DNA of 63,261 nucleotides, filler included, from Octopus bimaculoides (GCF_001194135.2; 4 parts of 4 records of this genome joined end to end with filler, not necessarily neighbours in it), one strand, 5' to 3'. Positions 1 through 13,800 are shown, numbered from the whole stretch's first letter. The notes: generated from the sequence alone by a model not told the origin. Translations and numbers: made by a program.

Positions 1-305
1 ATTTACGTAATTTCAATTATTTTTCAGAAATTACAAGGTAATATTTTATAAAATACATCGAGGTTTTCTTTGCTTTCTTTACTTTCTATAAAAAGTATTG
101 TCATTAGCGCCAGTGATATTTTTTTTCTTTACGCGTGAATTTCAATTAATTTCAAATTTCCGATATCACACTACAGGGTTAATAAACTAGGTTAGTCTTC
201 ACTAAACTGTTTCTTTCTCACGCTGAAGATATATTCGGGGAAATTTCCGATGTAATCATGAGTTTCAAATACGACCCAAAGCCCCTCTGAAAGCATCTTT
301 CTATC

Positions 306-342
<37 letters not shown>

Positions 343-345
343 TTT

Positions 346-376
<31 letters not shown>

Positions 377-1125
377 GTGTGTGTGGGCGGGGTGTATGTA
401 TGTATATATTTTGCTTTCAAACTTTCACAAATGATCAACAATTGCTACTTTATCAGAAATCTACAAAGTGGCTTATGCCGCAATTTATGACGAGACTGTA
501 ACGTTTCACAGGTTTTCACAATTTTTATAAAGCATTATTTTAAACAGCAGCTTAACACTTGAACACTGTTTGGACAAATGTTTTAAATTTTCCAAAGTAT
601 CCCATGTAAGAAAAGCATTTTTTTAAATTATATAATCTTATACAATCATAATAACCGTGATTTTGAAGAGTTAGAGAGAAATTGATCTGATTAAGCCAGC
701 AGCGAATGATTAAAATAATAACTGTTTCGTATTTTGACACAAAGGCAGCAATAACACGGGGAGCACAAGAGTCCCTTACACACACTCCTATACTTAACCG
801 CTACGATATTTTATCGTCCCAATGGCACATTTGACCTCGGTGTGGTTTGAATTCAGAAAATAAAAGGACAGTGAAATGTCGCTAAGAGTCCGTCATATAT
901 ATATATATATATGGGTTATGAGAGGTAATGGCGTCAAGAAGACCCAAAGGTGTCAGGTAATGCTGAGTAAGTGCTATGGAGAGACTATAGTTAAGCTCCA
1001 GGTTCGGTGATTATACGAATGAGGAGTCCAACGTAGGTCATATATTAACATGCATATATATCAAAAATTAACAGAATGAGATACAAATCCAAGGCTGTGA
1101 AGGATTTTAGAACATTTATAAAGAA

Positions 1126-1173
1126 GTCTTACAGCTGTTTCCGGAATATTTTACACATCCCATCATCGGAAAC
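1126..1173 (-). ncRNA. Type I hammerhead ribozyme motif (U4>C variant)
   Basis: Minus strand: gttt-CCGATGA-tggga tgtgtaaaata ttccg-GAAAC-AGCT-GTA-agac. Helix II tggga/ttccg, palindromic helix III ACAGCTGT, preceded by a pyrimidine-rich tract. Confidence 0.65.
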
Positions 1174-1525
1174 GGTGTGAGAAAATGGTTAAGCAATATT
1201 TATTCTAGAGAAGATATGAAATAGAGAGTGAAGTCGGGGAGTAAAAACAGACGTGAGATATGCAGGGATATTGTATCTGCAGTTCCGTTATTTAAGCAGA
1301 ATGGTATACGTTTCCTCTATACCATATATATGTGTATATACATGTATATATGAGTACAGGACATCAAAAAATCGTAGACAAAATGAGTGTTCGGAAAACG
1401 TTCGTTTTCTGTTTTTTTTTATGTTCCCATTTCTCGTTTTGTCTACGTTTTTTTGATGTCATGAACCCATATATGCATGTATATATACATATATATGTAG
1501 GTATGTACATATATGTATGTATATA

Positions 1526-1573
<48 letters not shown>

Positions 1574-3371
1574 AAAAAAACAAAAGGAAATAAAATAGAA
1601 ATAAAGAAAACACGTTTGGAGACATTCCTCTCTTCACATGCAATCCTCTCTCCTCCTCCTCTCACCTTTGACCCCTGATTTTTTTGTTATACACTTCTTA
1701 TCTTTACTTCATATTCTCCTATTTCTTAACTTTACTCTCTCTCTTTCTCTTTCACTCTCTCTGTCGCCCTTGCACTCTCTCTCTCTCTGTGTCTATATCT
1801 GTATTTGTGTAAATCTCTCTTTGGATAACCCTATCGCTCTTTGGATAACCCTATTTCTCTTCTCCCCCTCTCTCTCTGTCTCTCTCTTTCCCTTTCACGA
1901 TCCTTCTCTCTCACTCTTGCTCTCTATGCATCTGTATTTATGTAACACGCACACACACACTCTCCATCTCTCTCTCTCTTTGGATAACCCTGTCTTTCTT
2001 TCTCTCTCTCCCTCCCTCTCTCTCTCAGTATTCCGTTCTCAGATGTTTCCCCTCTGTCTCTATTTCACTCTATTCACTTCTGTCTCTCACCTTCCTTCTC
2101 TCTCATTCTCATTATATTTTTCTCTTTCCCTTTCTCTCTCAAACCACTCCCCGCGTCTCCATCTACTTCTTCATCCTCCCCTTCTCTCTTACTTTCTTTC
2201 TCTCTATCTTTTCCCCCTTTGATTCACTTAATCCTTTCTTTTCACAATCTCAGCCTTTTTATATATCTATTTCACACCGTCTGAACTTCATCCCCTACCG
2301 CTCTTCTCTGTTCCCTTTTTCTCCCCTTTTTCCTTTCTTTCTTCCTTCCTTTCTCTCTTCCTTCCTTCCTTCCTTTCTCTCTCAGTTTTTCAAAATCTCA
2401 CTGTCATCCGAACACACACTTGCGGTGTGGTCCCATCGCCGTATGGTGCATCGGTAGACCACTAATCGTTTTGAGAACAGGTCGTATTTCCTTGCTAGCC
2501 ACTTTTTCGCTTCATTGATAAATCTTCGACCCTTTTCCAAGCACCGTAGGATCACTCAATCTTTGTCATGACAGCGTGACTTGGATATAAAAACAAACCA
2601 AAAGGCAAAAACACAACAGCCCTTACGCATTCCCTCCCCACCATCCTTCATCCTTCATCAACTAATGTATGTTTTGCTATTTGAGAACTTCTATTTAATG
2701 TCGCTTTTGTCATTCCAGGAGGTATTGTTTTGCATTACTTTTGGTATATTATTGTCGTTCCTGATATTGCTTATATTGTCGCTATACTCTTTGGCCATTC
2801 TTATTGGCATTGCTCATGTTTTATTTAATGTTGTTTTTGCTGATAGTTTCCTTGTATTTTATTAGTTATTTTTATAGCTCTTGTTGTTTCGGTTGTATAC
2901 ATTTCTTTACTGGTTCTTACATTTAGTGTTGTTGCTGTAGATGATAGCTTCCTTGTTGTTGTAGATGATAGATTCGTTGTTGTTGATAATATTATTGTTG
3001 TTAATTCCTTTACATTATTTGTATAGTCGATGTTATTATTGTTGATGCTATTAGTTTACTATTCTATCTTACAGACATTCGATACTCTCATTTTTCGTCC
3101 TTTATTTTTCATTTAAAATTCCAGTGTTTATATATCATGTACATATAGGGTGTGTATTATTTATATATTTATAATTGATTCAATTAATTATTTTTGAAGT
3201 AGCTATTTATTCTTAACATATTTGAAGAATAAAACTTGAGCTGTTCCTTTTTTTATGACTGATTTCTATATTAATATAATATACACAAGTGGAGGAAAAA
3301 TTACATACACAAACACATCTACAAATAAACCAAACACATTCGTGAAGTGGATCACACAAACACACACACAC

Positions 3372-3620
3372 ACAAACAAGGACAGACAAGAGGGGACAAA
3401 CAAGGACAGACAAGAGGGGACAAACAAGGACAGATAAGAGGGGACAAACAAGGACAGACAAACGGATTAAGTCCCAATGCGTAACTGGTACTTATTTAAT
3501 CGACCCCGAATGGATGAAAGGCAAAGTCGACCTCGGCGGCATTTGAACTCAGAACGTAGCAGCAGACGAAATACTGTTAAGCATTTCACCTAGCGTGCTA
3601 ACGTTTCTGCTGCTCGATGC
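3372..3620 (-). mobile_element. tRNA-derived SINE family A, with tail amplified into a 24-bp minisatellite
   Basis: Reverse strand has A-box-like gcagaaacgttagc, B-box-like gagttcaaat, and central gtcgactttgcctttcatcc.ttcggggtcg. Confidence 0.85.
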
Positions 3621-5405
3621 TTTTAACTGTCACAATAAAGAAACATTTCTTATGGCACCAGCACACAATTTACAGATGCTTAACTTTTTATATTTTCAGT
3701 GAATTTTTCACGGGTCCAGCTAGTCTACATTATTTAGTAAAAATTTCGGCCTGGTTTAAAAGCAGAGACTGTTAGGGATATGTTTCTGTCTAGAGACCGT
3801 GGGACAATTTAATCAAATCTTAATTTGTTTGATCAGTTGACGAGTAGTTTTCATACAGAAATATTAATATAGATATATAGTTTGTAGTAATTTACATAAT
3901 CGAAAAAATTAATTGAAATAATTGTTATAATTCACAAGTTTGTGGTTCTTAGCTCGTTGAGCTCAGAGAATGTCTATAATACGTCGCTCGACTTTTTTAA
4001 AATAGCAGGCAAATTTCCATCAAATCATAGCTTGATATTTTAAACATCGAAGTAAACATTAGATGTAGTGGTTTTAGATATATTTTTGAAGAAAACAAAA
4101 GTGTCACGGCTGACCTGAAAGTCATTAGAAACACATGTGAACAGCCCTTGTGTCACAATTTCTTTCACTCTTTCTGAGAGACAAGGCAAAATGTGACGTG
4201 GCATGACCCTCCTTCAACAGATTATGTCATAACAAAATTGAAAACCAAAAAAAAAAAAAAAAAAAAAACAACAGATTTATTCATTCATTAAAATGCGGTT
4301 CGTGGGGTTTGCAATGTTAAAAAAAAAAGAAAAAAAATTAAATACAGTAGAACATATCGATTTGCTCCATTATCACAAATCAATATCATTTAAACCAGGG
4401 TAAAGCAGTGATGGTGTGGTAAAAACGAAAGATGAACTCACAAGTTATTTTCTTCGTTGGTATTTTCTACATTTTCATTTTTCGTATCTTTTTGATTTGT
4501 TTGCGAATTTTTTCTGGAATCAATTTTTTTCGGCCTTTCTTTTCATCTTTCTCGTATCGATAAAAATACTATCAATTATACACTAACATCAATTATACTC
4601 TATGATTTTGTTGAATGTATGCAACCACTGTAATTTGTGGCCTTCTGGTTCGGTGATAAATCATTACTGTATTGATGTATTGAACTCAACACATCCTGAT
4701 GCATGGCGGGCATCGAAAATCTAGATTTAAGTTCCTACAAGGGCTAATTATCAAATCCAATTTCTGCTTGGTTCTCCATTCGCTGAAGCTTGAAGAAACA
4801 TCACTTTTGACAATGTTTTACATCTGTAAAACGTTTAACGTCTGTAAACACCTTTTACCACCCACCCAAAATTCGCCATTTTGATACTCTTTTTTTTCTT
4901 TTATTCTTTTACATGCTTCAATCATTTGACTGCGGCCATGTTGGAGCATCACCTTAAAGGTTTTCAGTCGAAGAAATTTTTGCCTAACGGTCGCATCAAG
5001 TGGTTTCTAACGGCGGAAGCCTGAACTACAACGGGCTCATCCCACAGGGAAAGTTACTACTTACATTTGGGTACTCCCGCCTCTTCCATGCATATACAAA
5101 ATCTTTTAAAAGGATCATAGAGAACAACAGTTTTATTTTATTCAATTCCCAGGAAGATATTCGTAATGCATCATCTTAGAATTATGTAAAATACGTATTT
5201 ATATAATTGATGGTGTCTTATTCCTTAGAAACAGCTATGGAGCTCTATTAAATTATGTGCAATTTATGCTTTTCGTTTTTCTTTTTTTTTACTGCAAATT
5301 GATTCGTTTTTGTTAATTTTGAACATAGATATTTTCACGTGTGTATATATTGGTGTCAAATTTTGGTGCACGGCAAACAATTTCGGGAGAGGCAGGTAAG
5401 CTAGA

Positions 5406-5541
5406 ACTTAATTTATCGATCCCGAAAAGGATGAAAGGCAAAGTCGACATCGGCGGAATTGGAACTTAGGAAGTAAAGGCGGAAGAAACACCGCTAATCT
5501 TTGTGACCGGAGTACTAACGATTCTGACAGCTCGCCGCCTT
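5406..5541 (-). mobile_element. SINE family A, 5' part
   Basis: Same head and central domain as the other A copies. Confidence 0.8.
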
Positions 5542-5568
5542 TAGATGCGTATATCTTGAGACATGCTC

Positions 5569-5610
<42 letters not shown>

Positions 5611-7391
5611 NNNNNNNNNNTCTCTTTTTCTCTTTCATTCTCTCTGTCTCTGTCTCTCACACACATACAGGCATAGCTAAATGCCCATACAAACAACCAC
5701 CCATACTCTGTCAAATGGCAAATAATTGATCGCGCAAAAAGGCAAATATATCTTATTGTTTTTATTATTTAAATTTTGGTGGTAGTTTTTTTTTCTCTCC
5801 CATGTCTTTGATTCGTCAATCGATTCGAGTCACTATCAGTAGACATGACAATACTATATACGGCAGAACTTTGCCTTGATGAAAAATAAATATAGAAAAC
5901 ATTAAAAAAAAAACACATCCATTTTAATCATTCCTTAATCAAATGGCTACGAAATATCCGCGATTAAACTCTACTGATCTTTCAATCATAGATTTAGCGT
6001 AGAATTCGTGTTGCTGAACTTATGAACACTACGGTTTGCACCCACGCTATATCTTTTTTATCGTTCCTATAGCAGATTTCTAATCTGATGGCTTATCAGA
6101 TTGTAGCTTTTAATCCAGTATACCTAATGTATTGCTGGAACGTAACCCAAGGTCTTCCAGACGCAATAGCTTTGCAGGAAATTTTATCACGATAAAGGTC
6201 AACGAATCTTTATCTTACAGATCAAGATAAGAATTAATGAGCTGGGATTTTGCTTGGGTGATACTCTAATCTCTACTTGCCTCGACACGCAAAAGTTTGA
6301 AGTGTTACAAAGTAATGTAAACTCCGCCCCGCCAAAAGCTGTTCTTATGTTATATTCATAACACTTTGTAAGTATTTCTTTAGAGTTAAATATAACCTCT
6401 TTAAAAACATTGGACACACTTTAGATTATATTCAGGATGAAGCATTTAAAGTTCCTAAACGATGTAAATGTTATGAGTAATGACTATGTCATTACTTTAC
6501 ATTCATAGACTCCTATTTGAAATTATTGTTGGTGCTATTTTAGTTCATCTGCTTCAAAAAGTGACTGTAAAATAGAGAAATTTCTTAAATCACCATTTTC
6601 TCAATCCCAAAATATTCTCTTTCAGAACTAGTTATTTGATGGTTGAGAGTTTAGTATCTGATCTAGTTTTCTGGAACGTCATTAAAATCCCGATCTAGTG
6701 GAAAAATACACTATAACCCGTTATAGATTTATCATAGAACTGACTGGATTATATCCCAATAATCATCACCAAACGATTCGAATTTAGATGTAAGTTAACC
6801 AAACCATCAAGAGGCGTCTATGTCATAACAAAGAGAATGAAAAATCTCTTCACTGATTTCTAGTATATATGTGTGTGTGTGTGTGTGTGTGTGCATATAT
6901 ATATATGAAGAAAGAAAAACGCAGTTCCACTGCATAGCCCTTGCGGCCCAGGAGTTTGCTGTAACACCATACCATTAATTATCACGAGCCATATTTCAGT
7001 TAGGAAACATCTGAATGAATTCGAAGAGAAGCTGACACCAGTATTTCGCCCTATCGAAACAGACGTCATAATCAATACGTTAAGTCCAGCAGGCATTTAA
7101 ATAAAGCCCCTTCTCGTTCCCCTCATTTTAAAATTTATTTTCAAGTGGACAGTCTTCCTTGCAAAATGGGATGGGTAAGAGATCTTCAGACAGCAGCATG
7201 TACGTTCGAATATCAAACATGTGTGGACACTTAAGTTTTTTTAACAAAATCTCAGCCCCCAAATAGTGTTTTGGGGCAGGTGGGGTTTCTTGTTTCTTTC
7301 TTTCCCTCATCGATATGTACTCCACTCCATTATCTGCAACATTTCCTCGAAAATTCTTCTCCTCCTCCTCCTCCTTCTTCTTCTTCACTGT

Positions 7392-7394
<3 letters not shown>

Positions 7395-7445
<51 letters not shown>

Positions 7446-7532
7446 ACTACTGCAGTTGCAGCTGCTGCTGTTTTTGCTGCTGCTGTTTTTGCTGCTGCTA
7501 ATGTATTAATGTCAGTAGTTTAAATATCAACA

Positions 7533-7590
<58 letters not shown>

Positions 7591-7699
7591 ATGTGGAAAC
7601 ACCAACACAACCGGCATCACCAACAGCAACAGAAGCGCCGGCAGGTGTAGAATTACCAAAATTAGTAGTGGCAGGAGCAGCAGGGGCATCAGGAGTAGC

Positions 7700-7734
<35 letters not shown>

Positions 7735-7790
7735 CAGCAGCAGCAGCGGCAGCAGCAGCAGTAGTAGTAGTAGTAGTAGTAGTAGTTAAA
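7395..7790. repeat. Compound trinucleotide microsatellite block (CTA, GCT, TAA, AGT, GCA)
   Basis: Direct reading. It generates the spurious low-complexity ORFs at 7128-8033. Confidence 0.95.
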
Positions 7791-8602
7791 GAGCCAATTG
7801 TTCTTTTCTTCGTGTGCGTTGTATATATTTTTTTAAACCGGTTTTCGTACTCCTCCGGTCTAAGATCAACTCTGGTGATGCCGGTTCTGGCTGATCCGTG
7901 GTTAGATAGTCCCACATTTATCGATATTTCCACGTCAGACATTACAATTTGCCAACGGGTTTTATTATATAATGTTCTTCTTTATGTACTTTTTCTTTTC
8001 TTTTTTTCTCTCCCCCTTTTGATGACAGGTTGAAATTTTCTCACACCGCTCTTCATTCAATTATAAATATTTCATTAACATTAAAAATTTCAGATATTAT
8101 TTTTTAACCATTTTATTTTAATTTTATTTTGATATTTAAAAATTTTGGTTTATTTTTTCATTTCTTGTTTGGAGTATTTTTCATTTCTTATTTTTCATTC
8201 CTTTTTTTTTTTAAACGATTGTTTAATAATTGTTCAAATCTTTTTGGATGATTTTTATGTACGCACATGTCTTTCTGCATCTCTCTCTCTCTCTTTCGGA
8301 AACGTTTACTCCTTATTCTGACTTACAACTATCAGCCATCTTTGCTTGATTCAGGAGCAAATAATTTTTATGTTCTTTTTTTTTATTTTATTTCTTTTGT
8401 ATCTTTTGAAAAACTTGAGTTGCTGAGTATTGCGTTGCCTTGTTCGGGACGACTAAGTGTCTCGCTCGGAATTTCTTATTCATATTATTCCATATAAAAT
8501 GCAAAAAAAAGGCCACACTACACTTTATAGCCTGGAGGCTATTAACAGACATCTTTGCTAACATCAAGGCAAAAAACGAACTGAAAATCCCATTCTTTGG
8601 TT

Positions 8603-8892
<290 letters not shown>

Positions 8893-10148
8893 CCTTGTTT
8901 GGGACGATAAAAGTGTCTTGCTTGGAATTTCTTATTCATGTTCTTCCAAACATACAAATATACGAAACGGTCAAACTTCCACGCGACAGGAGTCATATAT
9001 TTGAAAAAATGCGAGTAGAATCGTGATCAGACGGAAGTTTTTATTTATATATCAAAAACTATGTTTTTTGGGGGGGTTTTTCGGATATATTTCTTTATTT
9101 TAAAACGTCAGGATATGATTTCAGGGGAAAGATAGTTGTTTTAAAACATACAGAGATAAAAAAAAAAAAAGAGAAAAAACCTTGTGTAATTGTACCGCTA
9201 TATCAATAAAATTAAGCAGATGTCTAGCCGTGCGCTAGTATGTCAAAAGAGAAATAAATCTACTACATACAGTCAGGATGGTGTTTAATTACATGGATTC
9301 ATCTGTGTAAAACCATAAACACCTGCAGTATCATTTCAAGTAGTATTGAACTGTCACGTCAAATGAAAAATATACAGACGATATATGAACGTACGATGGG
9401 TGCATATATATATATATNNNNNNNNNNNNNNNNNNNNNNNNNNNNNNNNNNNNNNNNNNNNNNNNNNNNNNNNNNNNNNNNNNNNNNNNNNNNNNNNNNN
9501 NNNNNNNNNNNNNNNNNNNNNNNNNNNNNNNNNNNNNNNNNNNNNNNNNNNNNNNNNNNNNNNNNNNNNNNNNNNNNNNNNNNNNNNNNNNNNNNNNNNN
9601 NNNNNNNNNNNNNNNNNNNNNNNNNNNNNNNNNNNNNNNNNNNNNNNNNNNNNNNNNNNNNNNNNNNNNNNNNNNNNNNNNNNNNNNNNNNNNNNNNNNN
9701 NNNNNNNNNNNNNNNNNNNNNNNNNNNNNNNNNNNNNNNNNNNNNNNNNNNNNNNNNNNNNNNNNNNNNNNNNNNNNNNNNNNNNNNNNNNNNNNNNNNN
9801 NNNNNNNNNNNNNNNNNNNNNNNNNNNNNNNNNNNNNNNNNNNNNNNNNNNNNNNNNNNNNNNNNNNNNNNNNNNNNNNNNNNNNNNNNNNNNNNNNNNN
9901 NNNNNNNNNNNNNNNNNNNNNNNNNNNNNNNNNNNNNNNNNNNNNNNNNNNNNNNNNNNNNNNNNNNNNNNNNNNNNNNNNNNNNNNNNNNNNNNNNNNN
10001 NNNNNNNNNNNNNNNNNNNNNNNNNNNNNNNNNNNTGTGTGTGTGTGTGTGTGTGTACGCATATATATATATATTTAATGTATATATATATCAATATCTA
10101 TCTATCTATCAATCTCTCTCTCTCCCTCTCTCTCCCTCTCTCTCTCTC

Positions 10149-10214
<66 letters not shown>

Positions 10215-11341
10215 TATGTATATATATGCGCCCACACATTCCAGGTAGAGTGCATAAAGATATCGATAGACAGACAGACCGCTACGCAGACACATTTATA
10301 TCCCCCACATATAGACATACGTACAGACGTAGATCATATAGAGGTATATGTATATATCCGTGTACGTGTGTGTGCATGCGTGCATGTGTGTGTGTGTGTG
10401 TGTGTATGTGTGTGTGTGTGTGTGTGTGCGTATATAACACATATATTCGTGAATTCATAGATCATTTCTTCGAATGTGTATTGACACTGGTTTCAAAGCA
10501 AGCTTTCCTTTAACATACTTCACGCCCAACCGCTGTCTCCCCGCACCCTCTATGTTTATAGACCAAACATCTGATTGCCTTTCTCAGATATGCCTAGTTA
10601 CCGTTGATTTCTATAAGTGGGTCATTAATCAGGCGATAGTACAGAAGATATTCCGGTGTTCAGAAAAAAACCAACAAAAGTAAAACAAAAGTATATGATA
10701 ATTTTTTTTTAATATCATGTTTTTAGTTGTTGTGGTTGTTGTTGTTATGTATTTCTGCCTATCCCTACCTGCTCTGATCGGGTAGACCTATATTGAAAAG
10801 TACTCTAGCGTTGATCACTTAATCAGTTTTTCTCAGACGAAATGTGTCTTGAAATATCGTCTAGTGTGTCCTTGTTTTCCCAAAACAGCTTTATGATTGG
10901 AGTACCATTTGATGAATATTTAACAGTTATTTCTAGCAGATTGTACTATGCAGTGAAGACTTGCTCTCTCGCTCGCATCAACATGGTTTCATAAGATGGC
11001 AGAAAAATACTGATCAGTTGGTTAAGCAAGTACCTCGATTCGATCGGTTTCAACAGCTTATTGTTATGATTTCCTTAAAAATGTGCATAAATTTCCTTAT
11101 ATGCTAAAATAAAACAACGAAATGGAAAAATGAAAGTACTTCGTAAATTTAATAGATGTTGAAATACATTTATTCCTGAGATTGTTAATTTTCAACATGT
11201 CCGCACTCATTACTTAAACTGAGGCGTTATTCCGATGTCTTGGAAATACGTGAGGCTACGTAAGTCCAAAAATATGCTGAATCCTATTGATGATCTAAAC
11301 CGGAATGGAATCTAAAAAAAAATTCAAGATTTAGCTACATA

Positions 11342-11391
11342 AACAATAAAACCGAAGCGTAAAGAAAAATAGCGTCAGAAGGAAAGCAATC

Positions 11392-11459
<68 letters not shown>

Positions 11460-11557
11460 CGTGTCGGTAAGAAAAACCGACGACAATAAAGATAAACTTA
11501 AAACAGTAAAAATAATAAAACAAAAAAATAATAATGTAGGGTATGATTTAGATTTCA
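11342..11557. repeat. Left copy of a ~215-bp inverted repeat containing (AAT)n
   Basis: Reverse complement of 15464-15667, with 3 substitutions outside the microsatellite. Confidence 0.9.
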
Positions 11558-11707
11558 TTTTATCTCTCTTCAATATGAATATCTTTTTTTAAATATAAAT
11601 ATTAATAATTATGACGCAGGGTCGGGGGGCATTTCTATGTTTATAAATATTCTTTGCTATATTTTAGATGCTTAAAAAATAACGATTTTCATAATATTAT
11701 TTCAAGA

Positions 11708-11870
11708 GTTTAAGGCGATTAACTTCGCGGCATTTCATCCTTCTTTATTTTCTAAATTCAAATTCTGCCAAGATCGACTTTGCTTGCTTTTCATCCTTTC
11801 GGGGCCAACGTAATAAATGCCAGTAGAGCCTGAAATTGCTGGCCTTGTGCCGAAATTTGAAAGCATGATT
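11708..11870 (+). mobile_element. Degraded SINE family A (alternative tail)
   Basis: gatcgactttgc..tttcatcctttcgggg and tail gctggccttgtgccgaaatttgaaa. Confidence 0.6.
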
Positions 11871-11940
11871 TCAATAGATTTCATTATTTCAATAGTTCGA
11901 TGATGCCTTCAATTTTGTTCAATAAAACGTAAATAAAATG

Positions 11941-12389
11941 AGGTAGTTGTATGCTGTTAACTTAATGTGACAGTCCCCTGAAAGGAATAATACTAATGTT
12001 GGTTAGGCCTAGAAAGCTGCACCGCTTCCTGTCGGCCTTAACACATTTCTGTGTCTTTATGTTTACACTAGAATTATTATAAGTTTAAAAGAGCTTGACA
12101 GGCATCTTCGACTAGCAGGTCATGCTACTCCAGACTGATGACGAGAAAAGATTCAGAAACATGTCTCTGGATGCAGGCTTAGCTGAGTGGAGGTGCTTGT
12201 CCCCCCCTTCTAAACATAAAGACACATGAAATGTGTCAAGGCCGACAGGAAGCGGTGCAGCTTCCTAGGTCTAACCAACAGTAGTATTATTCCTTTCAGG
12301 GGACTGTCACATTAAGTTGACAACATAAAACTACCTCATCGTATCACTACTGCATAAATCTCTCTGTGAGATTTAGAAATGTATTATTT
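11941..12389 (+). mobile_element. Non-autonomous inverted-repeat element carrying a hammerhead ribozyme, with 12-bp TSD
   Basis: Arms 11941-12065 and 12211-12336 are reverse complements (7 substitutions and 1 indel by eye). GTAAATAAAATG is duplicated at 11929-11940 and 12390-12401. A second copy lies at 23473-23764. Confidence 0.85.
12129..12171 (+). ncRNA. Minimal type I hammerhead ribozyme motif
   Basis: tccaga-CTGATGA-cgagaaaagattca-GAAAC-AT-GTC-tctgga. 6-bp helix I, intact core, palindromic helix III ACATGT, predicted cleavage after C12165. Confidence 0.8.
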
Positions 12390-12401
12390 GTAAATAAAAT
12401 G

Positions 12402-13800
12402 GTTGCCTATAATGTCCATGTGTCTCAATAACTTATTTCATGATGAGTCAGCGGTAGGTTGATCAAAACATAATTTTGCATCCTATTTCTAAGACAAGAA
12501 TGAAGTGATAACTAGAGAAGAGAAATTGGAGTCTCTTTTTTTAATTTTTTTGCTAAAAAAAAACAAAGAAATGTCATGTTATCTTCGTTGTATAAAATTA
12601 TGATGACAGTATTGTTCAAGATACTAAAAATTTGATCTGATTTGGTGTATTCATGAAATTGTTTTGTTGCCAACAACATAGGACCCGTTTTCTTCTTTTG
12701 AGAAACTTGATGAATCTTGCATATTTACCTGTTGTCTGTCCAAAGTTCATACTAATCAATACATTCTTAATTTCATTAATTCGTATATCTTCATATATTC
12801 AGATTCATTAAATACATTAATTTCTGGGTCACTCATACAACAAATGAGCAGTTATAAATATTTATTAGAATTACTCAGCTCAGTGATTGAACTCTTACTT
12901 ATCATTAATCATTTGTCTATTACTGCGCTCTAAATTAAGAGATTTCTCTATGGCAAAATTGTTGTGAGCTATTTTGGCTCCAAACTAATAGATTGTAATC
13001 TCTTTATAACGAAATTTCTGTTATGTCTTCTTGAAATTTTTTATTCTAAACCAGTGGATCAATTTTGCGCATAATTAATTTTCGCATTTGCGCTGCATCC
13101 TTTTGTTGATCTTTTTACATGTTTCTGCACATTCTTCCTTCTGGACACAATCTACTCATTAAATTTCTCATTTTCTTCATCACTTTCTTGTTTCGCTTGT
13201 TTCTTTCTGCCTTCTACTTTGATTACTATGTCCTTGACAATGTCAACGAATTGTTTTTACGGTTCATAATCTAAAAATTGATATCTAATTTGCACTTGTG
13301 CCGTTTACTAGTAAAATAGAAATTGTGCATTCACATGTAGCACACTTATTTTAAATTAACTCTCTCTAGTACCATCCTAATATTAAGTGTTTATTTCACC
13401 AAATGATGCTCACATCTTTCACTTCAGTGATATTTTCAGAAAATCTGTTTTATATTTTTATCTGTATTTGGCCTCTCATATGTTATTTTACTATTAATCT
13501 TTTTCTTGAAAAATTTCTTTATTATCGCCAAGAACCTACTTTCTGTAAATCTATCACTGTGTATTTCTCAACACCATTCCAATATTTCCTGGTGATTTTA
13601 CTGGATCATGAGCTAATAATCCTTCATTAGTACCGAAAATTCCCCGTAATTATAGTGTTCTGTGCATTCCTAGTTCAAGAGCTCATATAACTTCTTCATC
13701 AAAACATCTTTGATGTGCACGTTTTTGATGTGTTATAGATAACCTTTGCTTCCGTATCTTCGTAATCAACAGTTGTGTAAATCTAGATGATGTCCCTCAC
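12402..13800 (-). mobile_element. Degraded RTE-like LINE (AP endonuclease and linker)
   Basis: II.IYTTVDYEDTEAK and TIITGNF resemble the APE motifs IIQVYAPT..YEDEE and IIMGDFN. The downstream linker-like peptide is rich in K/R/E. Confidence 0.5.

Noticed and set aside
2400-2580. GC-richer island, minus frame VILRCLEKGRRFINEAKKW...RRWDHTASV
   Set aside because: Faint Tc1 HTH-like or exon-like appearance, but an in-frame stop upstream and no usable acceptor; too weak to call.
4770-4822. Possible terminal exon CKTLSKVMFLQASANGEPSRNWI*
   Set aside because: Short, modest acceptor, no homology and no supported upstream exons.
5205-5245. GAAACAGCTAT preceded by TTGATGG
   Set aside because: Two core mismatches, broken palindrome and no helix I.
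6081-6103. aatctgat-ggctt-atcagatt hairpin with a miR-21-like 9-mer
   Set aside because: The stem is far too short for a pre-miRNA, and miR-21 is vertebrate-specific.
7587-8033. 148-aa ORF with a plausible-looking start (MNVETPTQPASPT...)
   Set aside because: Embedded in a decaying trinucleotide array and open on both strands for compositional reasons.
11939-11958. TGAGGTAGTTGTATG resembles let-7, and the opposite arm has a let-7 seed match (ctacctca, 12331-12338)
   Set aside because: It lacks 4 internal nt of let-7, its first bases belong to the TSD, and the second copy reads tgaagtag, so the seed is not conserved.
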